Source: Methylococcaceae bacterium (lineage in GTDB: Bacteria > Pseudomonadota > Gammaproteobacteria > Methylococcales > Methylomonadaceae). From it: 64,000 nt of DNA. A program made the translations under genes and the position numbers. Positions 51,949-61,854 of this stretch are shown one piece after another. The DNA is taken from assembly GCA_006844705.1 (NCBI GenBank), contig SPJS01000197.1, forward strand, positions 17,357 through 81,356, given 5' to 3'. The notes beneath the pieces are model-generated. The model ran no database searches and was not told where the DNA came from. It was given only the letters and a program-made list of their open reading frames with translations. Position 1 is the first letter of the stretch. Each line of letters begins with the position of its first letter.

Positions 51949-52623
51949 ATGAAAACGGAAACCCACAAGATTACGCTTAGTCCTAAAGCTTATTTTTCCT
52001 CCAACTGGTTAATTCCCAATCAATATGATGCAATATTATTGATTGCGCCTGGCGCAGGGAAAGATATGCATTCAGAGTTCATTAGTCATCTTCATAAAGG
52101 TATTGCAGAAAAGGGAATAATGACGGTTAAATTCAATTTTCCTTATCTTGAAATTGGTCGCAATGCACCCAATACGCCGTCAATACTGGAAGATACTTGG
52201 CTGGCTATAATCGATGCCGTGATAGCACAGACCGGTTTCCCCAAAGAAAAAATATTTCTGTCAGGAAAAAGCATGGGCGGACGCTATGCAACATTATTAG
52301 CGGCCAAGATGGATGGGTTTGCCGGGATCATTTTGTACGGTTATCCATTGCATGCGCCTGGAAGAAAAGATAAGCCGCGTAGTGAAGACTTAAACTCCGT
52401 TCATTCACCTATGCTGTTTTTTCAGGGCAGCCGCGACTCTTTATGTGAGCTTGAAGTATTCAAGCCACTGGTAGGAAAGATTCAGGGCAGAGCTGATTTG
52501 CGTATTATTGAAGGGGGCGACCATTCTTTCAAAATGCTGAAGCGGCTAAACCGCAGTGATGACTCTGTGCTTGATGAATTAGTCAACGATAGCGTTAAAT
52601 GGATTAACGAACACAGCAAATAA
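51949..52623 (+). CDS. Alpha/beta hydrolase (KANSL3/Tex30-like family)
   Basis: APGAG, FNFPY, GKSMGGR, GYPLH, QGSRD, GGDHS. Confidence 0.85.
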   Translation: MKTETHKITLSPKAYFSSNWLIPNQYDAILLIAPGAGKDMHSEFISHLHKGIAEKGIMTVKFNFPYLEIGRNAPNTPSILEDTWLAIIDAVIAQTGFPKEKIFLSGKSMGGRYATLLAAKMDGFAGIILYGYPLHAPGRKDKPRSEDLNSVHSPMLFFQGSRDSLCELEVFKPLVGKIQGRADLRIIEGGDHSFKMLKRLNRSDDSVLDELVNDSVKWINEHSK

Positions 52624-52627
52624 TAAA

Positions 52628-53266
52628 GTGCAGCAAACTTGTCCGTTATGCGGAGAGGATAATGCCCATGTTTTCCATGAAGATAAGCGGCGAAGCTATT
52701 TTCGTTGTTCCCAATGTCTTCTGGTCTTTGTACCTGAATATCAACACCTCTCTTTGGCCGCAGAAAAGGCCATTTATGAGCTTCACCAAAATGATCGCTA
52801 CGATCCACGATATCGGGCGTTTTTATCTCGTGCTGTTGACCCACTGCGCGATAAATTAAATTCAAATGCCTGCGGTCTTGATTTCGGCTGCGGGCCAGGG
52901 TCAGCCATTGTCCCGATGATGCACGAATATGGTTTTCAGATTGAGCAATATGATCCTGTTTATGCGGATGATCCAGGTGTACTAGAAAGCCAGTATGAGT
53001 ATCTGATGTGTACGGAAGTGGTTGAGCATTTTCGACAGCCTTCGGTATCCTTTGATGTGCTGTTTTCATTACTTCAGCCACGAGGGGTGATGGCAATAAT
53101 GACGAAAATGGTCTTGGACAGAGACGCTTTTTCGCGTTGGCATTATAAAAACGATTTAACGCACATTTCGTTTTTCAGTAGGGAAACATTCCAATGGCTG
53201 GCCAAAAAATATCAGGCTAGCCTGGAGTTTTATCATAATGATGTGGTTATTCTGCAAAAATGCTGA
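52628..53266 (+). CDS. Class I SAM-dependent methyltransferase with N-terminal zinc finger
   Basis: CPLC...CSQC, LDFGCGPG, TEVVEHF, WHYKNDLTHISFF. Confidence 0.88.
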   Translation: MQQTCPLCGEDNAHVFHEDKRRSYFRCSQCLLVFVPEYQHLSLAAEKAIYELHQNDRYDPRYRAFLSRAVDPLRDKLNSNACGLDFGCGPGSAIVPMMHEYGFQIEQYDPVYADDPGVLESQYEYLMCTEVVEHFRQPSVSFDVLFSLLQPRGVMAIMTKMVLDRDAFSRWHYKNDLTHISFFSRETFQWLAKKYQASLEFYHNDVVILQKC

Positions 53267-53876
53267 TGATGGGGTGTTTACGCCTGGAAAATGCTGCCAG
53301 ACCTGTTAATGCAGTTAACATAAGGACAATTCCGGAAGGTAGTGGAACCTCATCAACTTTAGTGAGTTGAATGTCCCCCAAAGCATAATTTATGAATTCA
53401 GAATTTCCGAAAATGCCTGCAGCCGGGTTTGAGCCATCAAACCAGACAATATAATCAAAAATAAATGAAGTGGATGTCGGTGTAAATGAACCGGATAAAT
53501 CTGTCTGGATAATAAATTCGCCTTGTTCAGCAGGAAGGTTAGTCCCTGTGATTGTAAGTTGGCTTGATTCATATTTCAGATTGATATCACCGTAAAAACC
53601 GCCTGAAAAAGTATCTTCTATTGTGCCGGGTAGTGACAGGTCAGGAATAGTGAAAATTTCTGGCGCAGGGTCTGCAATAAAAAAAACATCGCCATCCAGA
53701 TCGAAAGTTAATTCCCATTCGCCGGGAACAACTGTATCCGTGTTGATGACGAGGTGCGCATTTCCTGATGCTTGAAATGTGGTGTTATTCCAAGTGCCTG
53801 AGTAGTGTGTTACAGAGGCATGGACGACATTATTGAAAATAAAAAATAATGGCAAAATTAGATGTAATTGTTTCAT
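53247..53876 (-). CDS. VPLPA/PEP-CTERM sorted surface protein
   Basis: Signal peptide (VHA); C-terminal VPLPSG, TM helix, RRK. Confidence 0.82.
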   Translation of the reverse strand: MKQLHLILPLFFIFNNVVHASVTHYSGTWNNTTFQASGNAHLVINTDTVVPGEWELTFDLDGDVFFIADPAPEIFTIPDLSLPGTIEDTFSGGFYGDINLKYESSQLTITGTNLPAEQGEFIIQTDLSGSFTPTSTSFIFDYIVWFDGSNPAAGIFGNSEFINYALGDIQLTKVDEVPLPSGIVLMLTALTGLAAFSRRKHPIISIFAE

Positions 53877-54084
53877 AGTGGTGGACTGTAGAGGGTTGAA
53901 TTTACAGTTCAAAACCTAGTTGTCCTTTAGCAATATGTCAAACCATGACATTAATCAAAATTGAAATTGATTTTTCGTGAGCGGGAGCGCGGTTTTCAAA
54001 ATTACGTTAGAATTAGGCAAATTTACATTTCTGGAGTGTTTCTGGAGATGTCACATAAATAATTAAATGCTAAGAGGGGAAAGC

Positions 54085-55344
54085 GTGGCGAAATTTTCTG
54101 AAGTGCCCAGTCCTTTTTGCGGTATCGGTATTGATGATCTTGACGTTGAGGTGGATGGCTCAAAGGTGTCGATAACCGCGAATGCGTGTGCAGTCACATC
54201 AGCAGGTTTTGAACAGCCTATTGGTAGTGCAGAAGCCAAGATATCAGGTCAATCGGTATCGTTGGAACAGGCCGTAAACAAAGCGGCCGAGTTACTATCA
54301 TCGGCAAAACAGTCATTCATTGGAGGGTGCGCGACTGATGTAAGTGGTATGAGAGCGTTATTGGCTGTTGCTGATAAATCAGGAGCCGTGGTCGATAACA
54401 TGAAGTTTAATGCAACACGTAATAATTTTCTGGCCATGCAAGACAGCGGCTGGATGAATACCACGTTGTCAGAAATTAAAAATCGTTGCGATTTTTTACT
54501 GGTTTTCGGCGTGGACCTTGAAAGCTTTGCCCCACGTTTTTTCGAGCGCTACCTGTGGAATGAAGAACCTCTTTATTTAACAGAGAATACCGCGCGCAAG
54601 ATCGTTTATCTGGGTGCGGCGCCTTCGGGTAAAGCGGCAACGTCTCCTTCCGGCCAACAACCTGATGTATTTGCATGTGCCAATGAAAACGTGCCCGATG
54701 TGGTGGCCGCTTTGTCTGCTCTGGTTAAAGGAAAAACATTAGCCGTTGAGCACGTAGGGGGTATTGCTGTCAGCACTCTGGCCGAAATTGCAAAACAATT
54801 GCAGGAAGCCAAATACAGTGTGGTGACCTGGTCTTCAAGTACGCTTGATTATTCTCATGCCGAATTAACCGTGCAGACTCTGTGCAATATTGTTAAGGAA
54901 ATCAATAACCAGGATGCACGCTGCTCAGGCTTTCCGCTGGGTGGAAAAGAAGGCGATTATACGGCTAACCAGGTGTGCGGCTGGATTACCGGATACCCGG
55001 CACGAGTGAATTTTAATAAAGGTTACCCTGAATACGATCCCTTTCTGTTTGATAGTCAGATCATGTTGAATGACGGCCAAGCTGATGCCTTGCTCTGGGT
55101 TCATTCTTATAATGTCGATGCCACGCCGCCTGAGACTGATATACCGACAATTGTAGTAGGGCGTTCCGGCATGACGTTTGATAGCGTGCCGGATGTTTTC
55201 ATTCCTGTCGGTGTGCCGGGTATAGATCATGCGGGTCACAGTTATCGACTGGATAGTGTGGTGGCTTTGCGTCTTAAAAAATTGCGAGATGCGGGTTTGC
55301 CATCGACGGCAGATGTGCTGCAAGCCATTGAACAAGCGTTGTAG
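54085..55344 (+). CDS. fhcB: Formyltransferase/hydrolase complex subunit B (FwdB-like)
   Basis: SPFCG...DDL, ATDVSG, TTLSEIKNRCD, GWITGYP, VFIPVGVPGIDHAG; GTG start after GAGGGG. Confidence 0.9.
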   Translation: MAKFSEVPSPFCGIGIDDLDVEVDGSKVSITANACAVTSAGFEQPIGSAEAKISGQSVSLEQAVNKAAELLSSAKQSFIGGCATDVSGMRALLAVADKSGAVVDNMKFNATRNNFLAMQDSGWMNTTLSEIKNRCDFLLVFGVDLESFAPRFFERYLWNEEPLYLTENTARKIVYLGAAPSGKAATSPSGQQPDVFACANENVPDVVAALSALVKGKTLAVEHVGGIAVSTLAEIAKQLQEAKYSVVTWSSSTLDYSHAELTVQTLCNIVKEINNQDARCSGFPLGGKEGDYTANQVCGWITGYPARVNFNKGYPEYDPFLFDSQIMLNDGQADALLWVHSYNVDATPPETDIPTIVVGRSGMTFDSVPDVFIPVGVPGIDHAGHSYRLDSVVALRLKKLRDAGLPSTADVLQAIEQAL

Positions 55345-55351
55345 GTGAAAC

Positions 55352-57019
55352 ATGCTGACTAAACTGACAGGTGGAACTGTGTACGATCCTGCAAGCGGGA
55401 TTGATGGACAGATACAGGATATTTATATAGAAGACGGCAAAATTGTTGCCGCACCGGAAGCGGGAACCCCGCTTGCTAAGGAATATGATTTAAAAGGTAA
55501 AGTCGTGATGTCTGGCGCGATTGATATGCATACGCATATTGGAGGCGGTAAGGGCAATATTGCCCGGATAATGTTGCCGGAAGACCACCGAGCCGATCCG
55601 GTGATACGCACGCAGTTAACCCGTTCAGGCAGTGGACATGCCATGCCGAGCAGTTATGTGACGGGTTATCGTTATGCCGAGATGGGCTACACCGCCGCCT
55701 TTGAACCGGCCGTGCTGCCGGTGAATGCGCGTCAGGCGCATATGGAAATGGGCGACACGCCGATTCTGGATAAAGGCGGTTACGCTATGCTGGGCAGTGA
55801 CGATTTTCTGTTGCGCATGATGACGGCTAAAAAAGACCAGCAAGCGATTAACGACTATGTCGCTTGGACGCTGAATGCCACCAAAGCCATTGGTATTAAA
55901 GTGGTCAACCCCGGAGGCATTAATGCCTTCAAATTCAATCAGCGCAAGCTTGATCTGGATGAAAAAAACACCTATTACGATGTTACCCCGCGTGACATTT
56001 TGCATGCGTTGGCGACGGCGGTAAAAGAACTTGGTGTGAGTCATCCTTTGCATGTGCATGGTTGTAACCTGGGGGTGCCGGGTAATATCGAGACCACGCT
56101 GGATACCATCCAGGGCAGTGGCGGCCTGCCGATGCACTTGACCCATATCCAGTTTCATAGTTATGGCGAAGAAGGTGATTTTAAATTTTCTTCCGGTGGC
56201 GCGCAGATTGCCGAAGCAATTAACAAAAACAAGAATATCACAGCCGATGTCGGCCAGATTTTGTTCGGGCAGACGGTGACAGCCTCTGGCGATACCATGC
56301 GTCAGCATGCTAATCACGCGTTTGCCAGCCCCAACAAATGGGTGTGTATGGATATTGAATGTGATGCCGGGTGCGGTGTCGTGCCATTCAAATACCGCGA
56401 CCAGAACTTTGTTAACGCATTACAGTGGGCCATCGGACTGGAAATCTTCCTGCTGGTCGATGACCCGTGGCGCGTGTTCCTGACTACCGATCATCCCAAC
56501 GGGGCGCCGTTTACCAGTTATCCACATTTGATTCGCCTGTTGATGGATAAATCGTTCCGTAATGACATGCTGGCGACGATACACCCGGAAGCGCAAAAAA
56601 TGACGACTTTGGCCTCCATTGATCGCGAATATTCATTGCAGGAAATCGCCATCATGACGCGTGCAGGCGCGGCTAAATTGATTGGACTGGAGGGGCGCGG
56701 TGGACTGACGGCAGGCAATTTTGCCGACATCACCGTGTACACAGAAAATAATGATCGTGAAAAAATGTTCGAAAAACCGGATTACGTCTTCAAGGACGGC
56801 GAACTGGTGGTACAGGATGGCCAGGTGGTGCATGTGACCTGGGGTACCACGCATATTGTCAAGCCAGATTACGATGCCGCTATTGAAAAAGACCTTACCA
56901 GCTATTTTGATAAATATCTGACGATGAAACTGGGTAACTTCAAGATCAGTGATGACGAATTCACTGAAGATGGCCGTGCCAGTCTGACTGTGCATGCAAC
57001 ACAGGGAGGCCGCTTATGA
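55352..57019 (+). CDS. fhcA: Formyltransferase/hydrolase complex subunit A (amidohydrolase)
   Basis: IDMHTHIGG, KVVNPGG, HVHGCNLG, TTDHPNG. Confidence 0.95.
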   Translation: MLTKLTGGTVYDPASGIDGQIQDIYIEDGKIVAAPEAGTPLAKEYDLKGKVVMSGAIDMHTHIGGGKGNIARIMLPEDHRADPVIRTQLTRSGSGHAMPSSYVTGYRYAEMGYTAAFEPAVLPVNARQAHMEMGDTPILDKGGYAMLGSDDFLLRMMTAKKDQQAINDYVAWTLNATKAIGIKVVNPGGINAFKFNQRKLDLDEKNTYYDVTPRDILHALATAVKELGVSHPLHVHGCNLGVPGNIETTLDTIQGSGGLPMHLTHIQFHSYGEEGDFKFSSGGAQIAEAINKNKNITADVGQILFGQTVTASGDTMRQHANHAFASPNKWVCMDIECDAGCGVVPFKYRDQNFVNALQWAIGLEIFLLVDDPWRVFLTTDHPNGAPFTSYPHLIRLLMDKSFRNDMLATIHPEAQKMTTLASIDREYSLQEIAIMTRAGAAKLIGLEGRGGLTAGNFADITVYTENNDREKMFEKPDYVFKDGELVVQDGQVVHVTWGTTHIVKPDYDAAIEKDLTSYFDKYLTMKLGNFKISDDEFTEDGRASLTVHATQGGRL

Positions 57020-57912
57020 TTATCAACGGTGTCAGTATCGACGATACCTTTGCCGAAGCGTTTCCGATGAAAGGCACGCGCGCCATTATCACGGCGCAAA
57101 ACGAAAAATGGGCGATGATTTCAGCACAAGCCATGACCGGTTTTGCCACCTCGGTGATTGCCTGCGGTTGTGAAGCAGGTATCGAGCGTGTACTTGATCC
57201 GTCCGAGACGCCGGATGGACGACCGGGCGTGTCGATTATGATTTTTGCGATGGGCGGCAAGGGACTAGCCAAGCAACTGGAAACCCGTGCCGGACAGTGT
57301 GTGCTGACTTCACCGACCTCGGCCTTGTTTGCCGGAATTGATGAAGGTAAACAAATTCCACTAGGTAAAAATTTGCGCTATTTCGGTGATGGTTTTCAAA
57401 TCGCCAAAAAAATCAACGGCAAGCGTTATTGGCGGGTGCCGGTGATGGATGGCGAGTTTCTGACAGAAGCCACCACAGCCCAGGTTGAGTCAGTCGGTGG
57501 CGGTAACTTCCTGGTATTGGCAGAATCACAACCGCAAGCGTTGGCAGCCTGTGAAGCCGCGATTGAAGAAATGCGTAAAATTCCGAATGTCATCATGCCG
57601 TTCCCGGGCGGGGTGGTACGTTCCGGTTCTAAAGTTGGCTCTAAATATCCGGCTTTGGGAGCTTCAACCAATGATGCGTTCTGTCCGACCTTGAAAGGCG
57701 TGACCAAAACGGATTTGTCGCCAGAAATTGAATCAGTCATGGAAATTGTCATCGACGGCTTGAGTAAAGAAGATATTGATAAGGCTATGCGTGTCGGCAT
57801 ACAAGCGGTATGTGATCTGGGTGCAGAAAACGGTATCAAGCGCATCAGCGCTGGAAACTACGGCGGCAAGCTGGGGCCATTTCATTTTCATTTGCGGGAG
57901 ATCATGGCATGA
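57016..57912 (+). CDS. fhcD: Formylmethanofuran-H4MPT formyltransferase
   Basis: IDDTFAEAF, TGFATSVI, TPDGRPG, GGVVRSGSK, SAGNYGGKLG. Confidence 0.96.
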   Translation: MIINGVSIDDTFAEAFPMKGTRAIITAQNEKWAMISAQAMTGFATSVIACGCEAGIERVLDPSETPDGRPGVSIMIFAMGGKGLAKQLETRAGQCVLTSPTSALFAGIDEGKQIPLGKNLRYFGDGFQIAKKINGKRYWRVPVMDGEFLTEATTAQVESVGGGNFLVLAESQPQALAACEAAIEEMRKIPNVIMPFPGGVVRSGSKVGSKYPALGASTNDAFCPTLKGVTKTDLSPEIESVMEIVIDGLSKEDIDKAMRVGIQAVCDLGAENGIKRISAGNYGGKLGPFHFHLREIMA

Positions 57913-58721
57913 GTGCATTGACCTTTAATTTAAAAAAACGCACCGATCAACGGGTGGATATGTCGCCGCTGGTATGCCAAAAACTGGAAGGAATGGCGCC
58001 AGCTGATATCGGAAGTATTGAACTGCAATGTGGCAAGCTGAAATTGCGTGCCGATGAATTGTTTTCTATTAGTGGCGAAGCTACAAGCCATATCATCATT
58101 GCTGGCAGTTTTAGCAAACTGGATTTTATCGGCAAAGAACTGCAAGAGGGCAGCATCACGGTAGAAGGTGATGTCGGTGCCTATCTGGGGCAATCGATGA
58201 AATCAGGGCGAATTCATGTGAGCGGCAATGCTGGATTATACGCCGGCTGCGAAATGAAAAACGGTCTGTTGCAAGTTGATGGCGATGCAGGCGACTTTGT
58301 CGGCGCAGCTCTTCCCGGCAACAAACAAGGCATGAAAGGTGGCACGATTCTGGTCAAGGGTAATGCGGCAGACCGCGTGGGCGACCACATGCGCCGCGGA
58401 GCGATTCTGATCGAAGGTAATGTCGGTGATTATTGTGGTTCGCGAATGGTGGCCGGAACCATTGCAGTGATGGGGCAAAGTGGCCGTTATCTGGGCTATG
58501 CCATGCGCCGGGGAACCTTGTTGATGTGGAATAAACCTGCATTACCCGCAACGTTCAGCGACTGTGGGTCACATACCCTGGCATTTTTGCCGATGTTGTT
58601 TAAATCGTTTGCAGAATTGAATAGTAAATTTGCCGATGCCGATGTTGCGTTTAATCGAGTTCAGCGCTTTGGGGGCGATCTGGCAGAAACCGGGAAAGGG
58701 GAAGTGTTGGTCAGGCTTTAA
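57909..58721 (+). CDS. fhcC: Formyltransferase/hydrolase complex subunit C (GXGXG beta-helix)
   Basis: Repeated GxxMxxGxIxVxG; QRFGGDLAETGKGE. Confidence 0.94.
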   Translation: MSALTFNLKKRTDQRVDMSPLVCQKLEGMAPADIGSIELQCGKLKLRADELFSISGEATSHIIIAGSFSKLDFIGKELQEGSITVEGDVGAYLGQSMKSGRIHVSGNAGLYAGCEMKNGLLQVDGDAGDFVGAALPGNKQGMKGGTILVKGNAADRVGDHMRRGAILIEGNVGDYCGSRMVAGTIAVMGQSGRYLGYAMRRGTLLMWNKPALPATFSDCGSHTLAFLPMLFKSFAELNSKFADADVAFNRVQRFGGDLAETGKGEVLVRL

Positions 58722-58726
58722 AAAAA

Positions 58727-58910
58727 GGTACTTCCCTGTACCGAAAATGATTAACTACTCTTAAACCGTGAGGTTTATGAATTTTGCGGTAGAGGGATTA
58801 CCGCATCACAACCGCCTTGGCGATTGTGTTTGCACCTCATCTCCTGATGAGGTGCTAATGCTGAGACACAGCATTATTCTGGATAGTGTCGTCAAATGAT
58901 GACGCTATCT
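58727..58910. other. Array of seven hairpins (candidate structured RNA or terminator cluster)
   Basis: Inverted repeats at 58727-42, 58762-77, 58785-805, 58807-28, 58832-55, 58856-76 and 58881-910. Confidence 0.55.
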
Positions 58911-58914
58911 TTAA

Positions 58915-59547
58915 TCAGGCCGCTTTTTTGCGTAGACCCATCAAGCCTATCAAAGATGAACCAAATAACCATGCAGCGGCAGGAACCGGTACAGCGGAAA
59001 CGCTTTTTTCGATGGATACAGTAATGTACTCAGAGTTATCACTGTAGCTTGAATCCCAGTAGAATAATTTCAATAAACCATTCGTTGGAGCCAGAACATC
59101 AAACGCTGTACCTAACAAAAAGTAGCTGCTGCCGATGTTACCAACCAATGCGCCAAAAGGAGCAGAGAAGCCGTGCATGGTAAATTGACCGAAATCTTTG
59201 CCGATATGTGTGCCAGTAGATTGAGCAGAGTCATCTGACCCTGTTGCATATAAATCATTAACCAAGCCATCAGCATTAGACCAACGAGGTAATGCCCCTG
59301 CATTCCATAAATCATCGGTATCAACAAACCCCGAGATTGAATCACCTGCATCAAATATCATGCCTGTGTCATAGCCATTGCCCAGAGCGCTGCTGTGTTC
59401 AAAGGCTTTTACATTAAACGCCATTAGTACGGGGACATTAACAGGAGGCACTAACAAATTTGGGGGCAGCGCTGCTGATGCCTGAGTAAGCGTCAGTGCG
59501 GATACACCCGTCAGGATTAATTGCAGTATAGATTTTTTTGATAACAT
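58915..59547 (-). CDS. VPLPA-CTERM surface protein with possible PA-IL/LecA-like domain
   Basis: Signal peptide; FGALVGNIG...LKLFYWDSSYSDNS; C-terminal VPVPAAAWLFGS...RKK. Confidence 0.82.
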   Translation of the reverse strand: MLSKKSILQLILTGVSALTLTQASAALPPNLLVPPVNVPVLMAFNVKAFEHSSALGNGYDTGMIFDAGDSISGFVDTDDLWNAGALPRWSNADGLVNDLYATGSDDSAQSTGTHIGKDFGQFTMHGFSAPFGALVGNIGSSYFLLGTAFDVLAPTNGLLKLFYWDSSYSDNSEYITVSIEKSVSAVPVPAAAWLFGSSLIGLMGLRKKAA

Positions 59548-59573
59548 AGTTTTTCCTCAACTGATATTAACAC

Positions 59574-60368
59574 TTAAGCCAATGATTTTTTACGTATACC
59601 AATAATACCGGTCATACCAATCATCAGTAACATAAGGCTGCCTGGTTCCGGTACATCGGCAGGCGGATCAACCAGGATTGAGTCATTGGCGCAGTTCTGT
59701 GTCCAGTGGATATTGAAGCTTTCCCCGTTCCAACCAGCAAGGCGTAGGAGATCCAGGCTCACGCTGAATTCATAGAAATAGTGAACATCATTCGTCCATT
59801 CCCCATACCCTGTTTGGGCATCGCTGATAACTAATAATGCTGTGCCCAATAGGTCTCCGCTAAGGATGGAAGTGGGGTGTTCAGATTTCACATAACCCGG
59901 CACCGTATTATCAGCCCACAACCCTTCGTCCCATGCAACATTGTGATATACCCCGGCTTCGACACCAAAGGTATCCCAGCCTGGTTTGACGTTTATGCCC
60001 ATTTCATACTGACCATTGATGCCGAAGTCAAAAGCAAAATCCCCTGCCCCATAGCTGTTAGCTGATGGGTTTTGTGCGGTTTCCGGGTTGTGGCCAGTAG
60101 CTAGGCCGACATAAACATTTTGATCATCCTTATAGGCATACAGTGCTTCTGCATCATAGGCTTGACCACCGTAACCCGGACTTAAGAAGCTGGAATGTTG
60201 ATCTTCAATGGTATGGAAAATACCAGCGTTAGGTGTCCAGTCATTGGCATTACCATTTTGACTCACGCCCCAATCACTTAAATCACCATCAATGGTAAAA
60301 GCTGCATTTGCAGTACCTGAGAGTGCGAAAAGAATCGAGCTGGTCATTAAAATGTTTTTTAGTTTCAC
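59574..60368 (-). CDS. PEP-CTERM surface protein
   Basis: GTG start after GGAG, signal peptide ending ANA, IDGDLSDW, C-terminal VPEPGS, TM helix, RKK. Confidence 0.88.
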   Translation of the reverse strand: MKLKNILMTSSILFALSGTANAAFTIDGDLSDWGVSQNGNANDWTPNAGIFHTIEDQHSSFLSPGYGGQAYDAEALYAYKDDQNVYVGLATGHNPETAQNPSANSYGAGDFAFDFGINGQYEMGINVKPGWDTFGVEAGVYHNVAWDEGLWADNTVPGYVKSEHPTSILSGDLLGTALLVISDAQTGYGEWTNDVHYFYEFSVSLDLLRLAGWNGESFNIHWTQNCANDSILVDPPADVPEPGSLMLLMIGMTGIIGIRKKSLA

Positions 60369-60400
60369 AGTTGGATCTCCAATAATTTGTGATCTAGCAA

Positions 60401-60416
60401 TCAATTTTGATGCCAA
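60401..60416 (-). promoter_or_regulatory. Sigma-54-like -24/-12 promoter (variant)
   Basis: Minus strand TTGGCATCAAAATTGA; GG-N10-GA instead of GC. Confidence 0.4.
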
Positions 60417-60467
60417 AACTGTGAACCCTTTAAATACTGCAATCTTTGGCTAGACTAGAACGTATCG

Positions 60468-60485
60468 ACTGACATCACTGTCAGT
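60468..60485. promoter_or_regulatory. Palindromic upstream activator site candidate
   Basis: ACTGACA-TCAC-TGTCAGT with perfect 7-bp arms, between the PEP-CTERM gene and the divergent enhancer-binding protein gene. Confidence 0.5.
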
Positions 60486-60549
60486 TGATACGTCAGCTGT
60501 CATGGCATGTCTGACGTTATTCACAGTAAAGGACGAGTTACACATACAA

Positions 60550-61845
60550 ATGCCCAAAAATTCTATTTCATTGCAGACATTGCTGGAAACTCATGAGTCA
60601 CCTTTTATGGTGATAGATAGCGCGCTTACAATCGTTGGTGTAAATAAGGCGTGGGAACACAGCTTTTCTGTAAATCGTGAAGAATATATAGGGCGTACTT
60701 GTTGCAGTAATGCGCCAAACTGTCGTCATCAGGAACTGTTTAATAAGCTGGAACCTTATGAAGCAAGCATAATAAACGAACAAAATCACCAGTTAAATGT
60801 TCGGGGCGTGCCCTTGCTTGATAATGATGGGCAGGTTTTTCTGGGTGAGATGGTTAAGAAAATTTCTCATGAGAAAACTCATTCGGTGGAACCTAAAATG
60901 GTAGGGTCCTGTACTTCATTTATGAGTTATCAACGAAAATTAATGCAGGCTGCGCAATCTCAAGTGCCTGTTTTTCTTACCGGCGAAACCGGTACGGGCA
61001 AAGAATTGGCGGCCGATTTTATCCACAGTCATTCGGAAAGAGCTGAGTATGAATTAGTCATTGTTGATTGTACGGTATTAAGTGAAGAATTGTTTGAAAG
61101 TGAGTTATTTGGTCATGAAAAAGGCTCGTTTACCGGCGCAGGAAATGCAAAAAAAGGGCTGTTTGAAATAGCAGATAAAGGTACATTATTTTTAGATGAA
61201 ATAGGTGAGTTGCCTTTATCTCAACAACCCAAACTATTGAGGGCTTTGGAAACCGGACAGTTTAGGCGTGTAGGGGGGACCAAAGCCCTGCATTCCAATG
61301 TCAGGCTGGTGTGTGCGACTCACCGCAATTTGGCACGGATGGTGAAAGACGGTTTGTTTAGAGAAGATTTATTTTACCGGTTATCAGTCTTTCCGGTACA
61401 AGTGCCTGCGCTGCGGGAACGAATGAATGATATTCCTGAGATTACAGATTACTTGCTCCATTTAATGGGGCAGCGAGAAGGAAAGAACTATTCAATAGAA
61501 AAAAGTGCCTTGATCAAACTTTTAAGGCATCAATGGCCAGGCAATATTCGAGAGTTAAAAAACTGTCTGCAATTGGCTACCAGTTTGTCTGTGGATGCTC
61601 ATATCAGTGAAGCGGATATCAACTATATGCAGCAAGCAGAAAGCAATATTGTGTATCACCCAACACATATGTCAAATAGTGACCTTTTTCAGGACAGAAA
61701 AAATAATCCGTTGGAACAAATGGAAAGCAATGTCATTCAAGACTTGATAGAAAAATATCAGGGAAACAGAAAATTGATTGCCGCTGAGATGGATATTAGT
61801 GAACGTACCTTATACAGAAAATTAAAACGCTTTAATTTGAATTAA
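60550..61845 (+). CDS. PAS-containing sigma-54-dependent Fis-family activator
   Basis: PAS N-terminus, GETGTGKE, ESELFGHEKGSFTGA, LFLDEIGE, WPGNIREL, TLYRKL HTH. Confidence 0.93.
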   Translation: MPKNSISLQTLLETHESPFMVIDSALTIVGVNKAWEHSFSVNREEYIGRTCCSNAPNCRHQELFNKLEPYEASIINEQNHQLNVRGVPLLDNDGQVFLGEMVKKISHEKTHSVEPKMVGSCTSFMSYQRKLMQAAQSQVPVFLTGETGTGKELAADFIHSHSERAEYELVIVDCTVLSEELFESELFGHEKGSFTGAGNAKKGLFEIADKGTLFLDEIGELPLSQQPKLLRALETGQFRRVGGTKALHSNVRLVCATHRNLARMVKDGLFREDLFYRLSVFPVQVPALRERMNDIPEITDYLLHLMGQREGKNYSIEKSALIKLLRHQWPGNIRELKNCLQLATSLSVDAHISEADINYMQQAESNIVYHPTHMSNSDLFQDRKNNPLEQMESNVIQDLIEKYQGNRKLIAAEMDISERTLYRKLKRFNLN

Positions 61846-61854
61846 GCTAACAAG

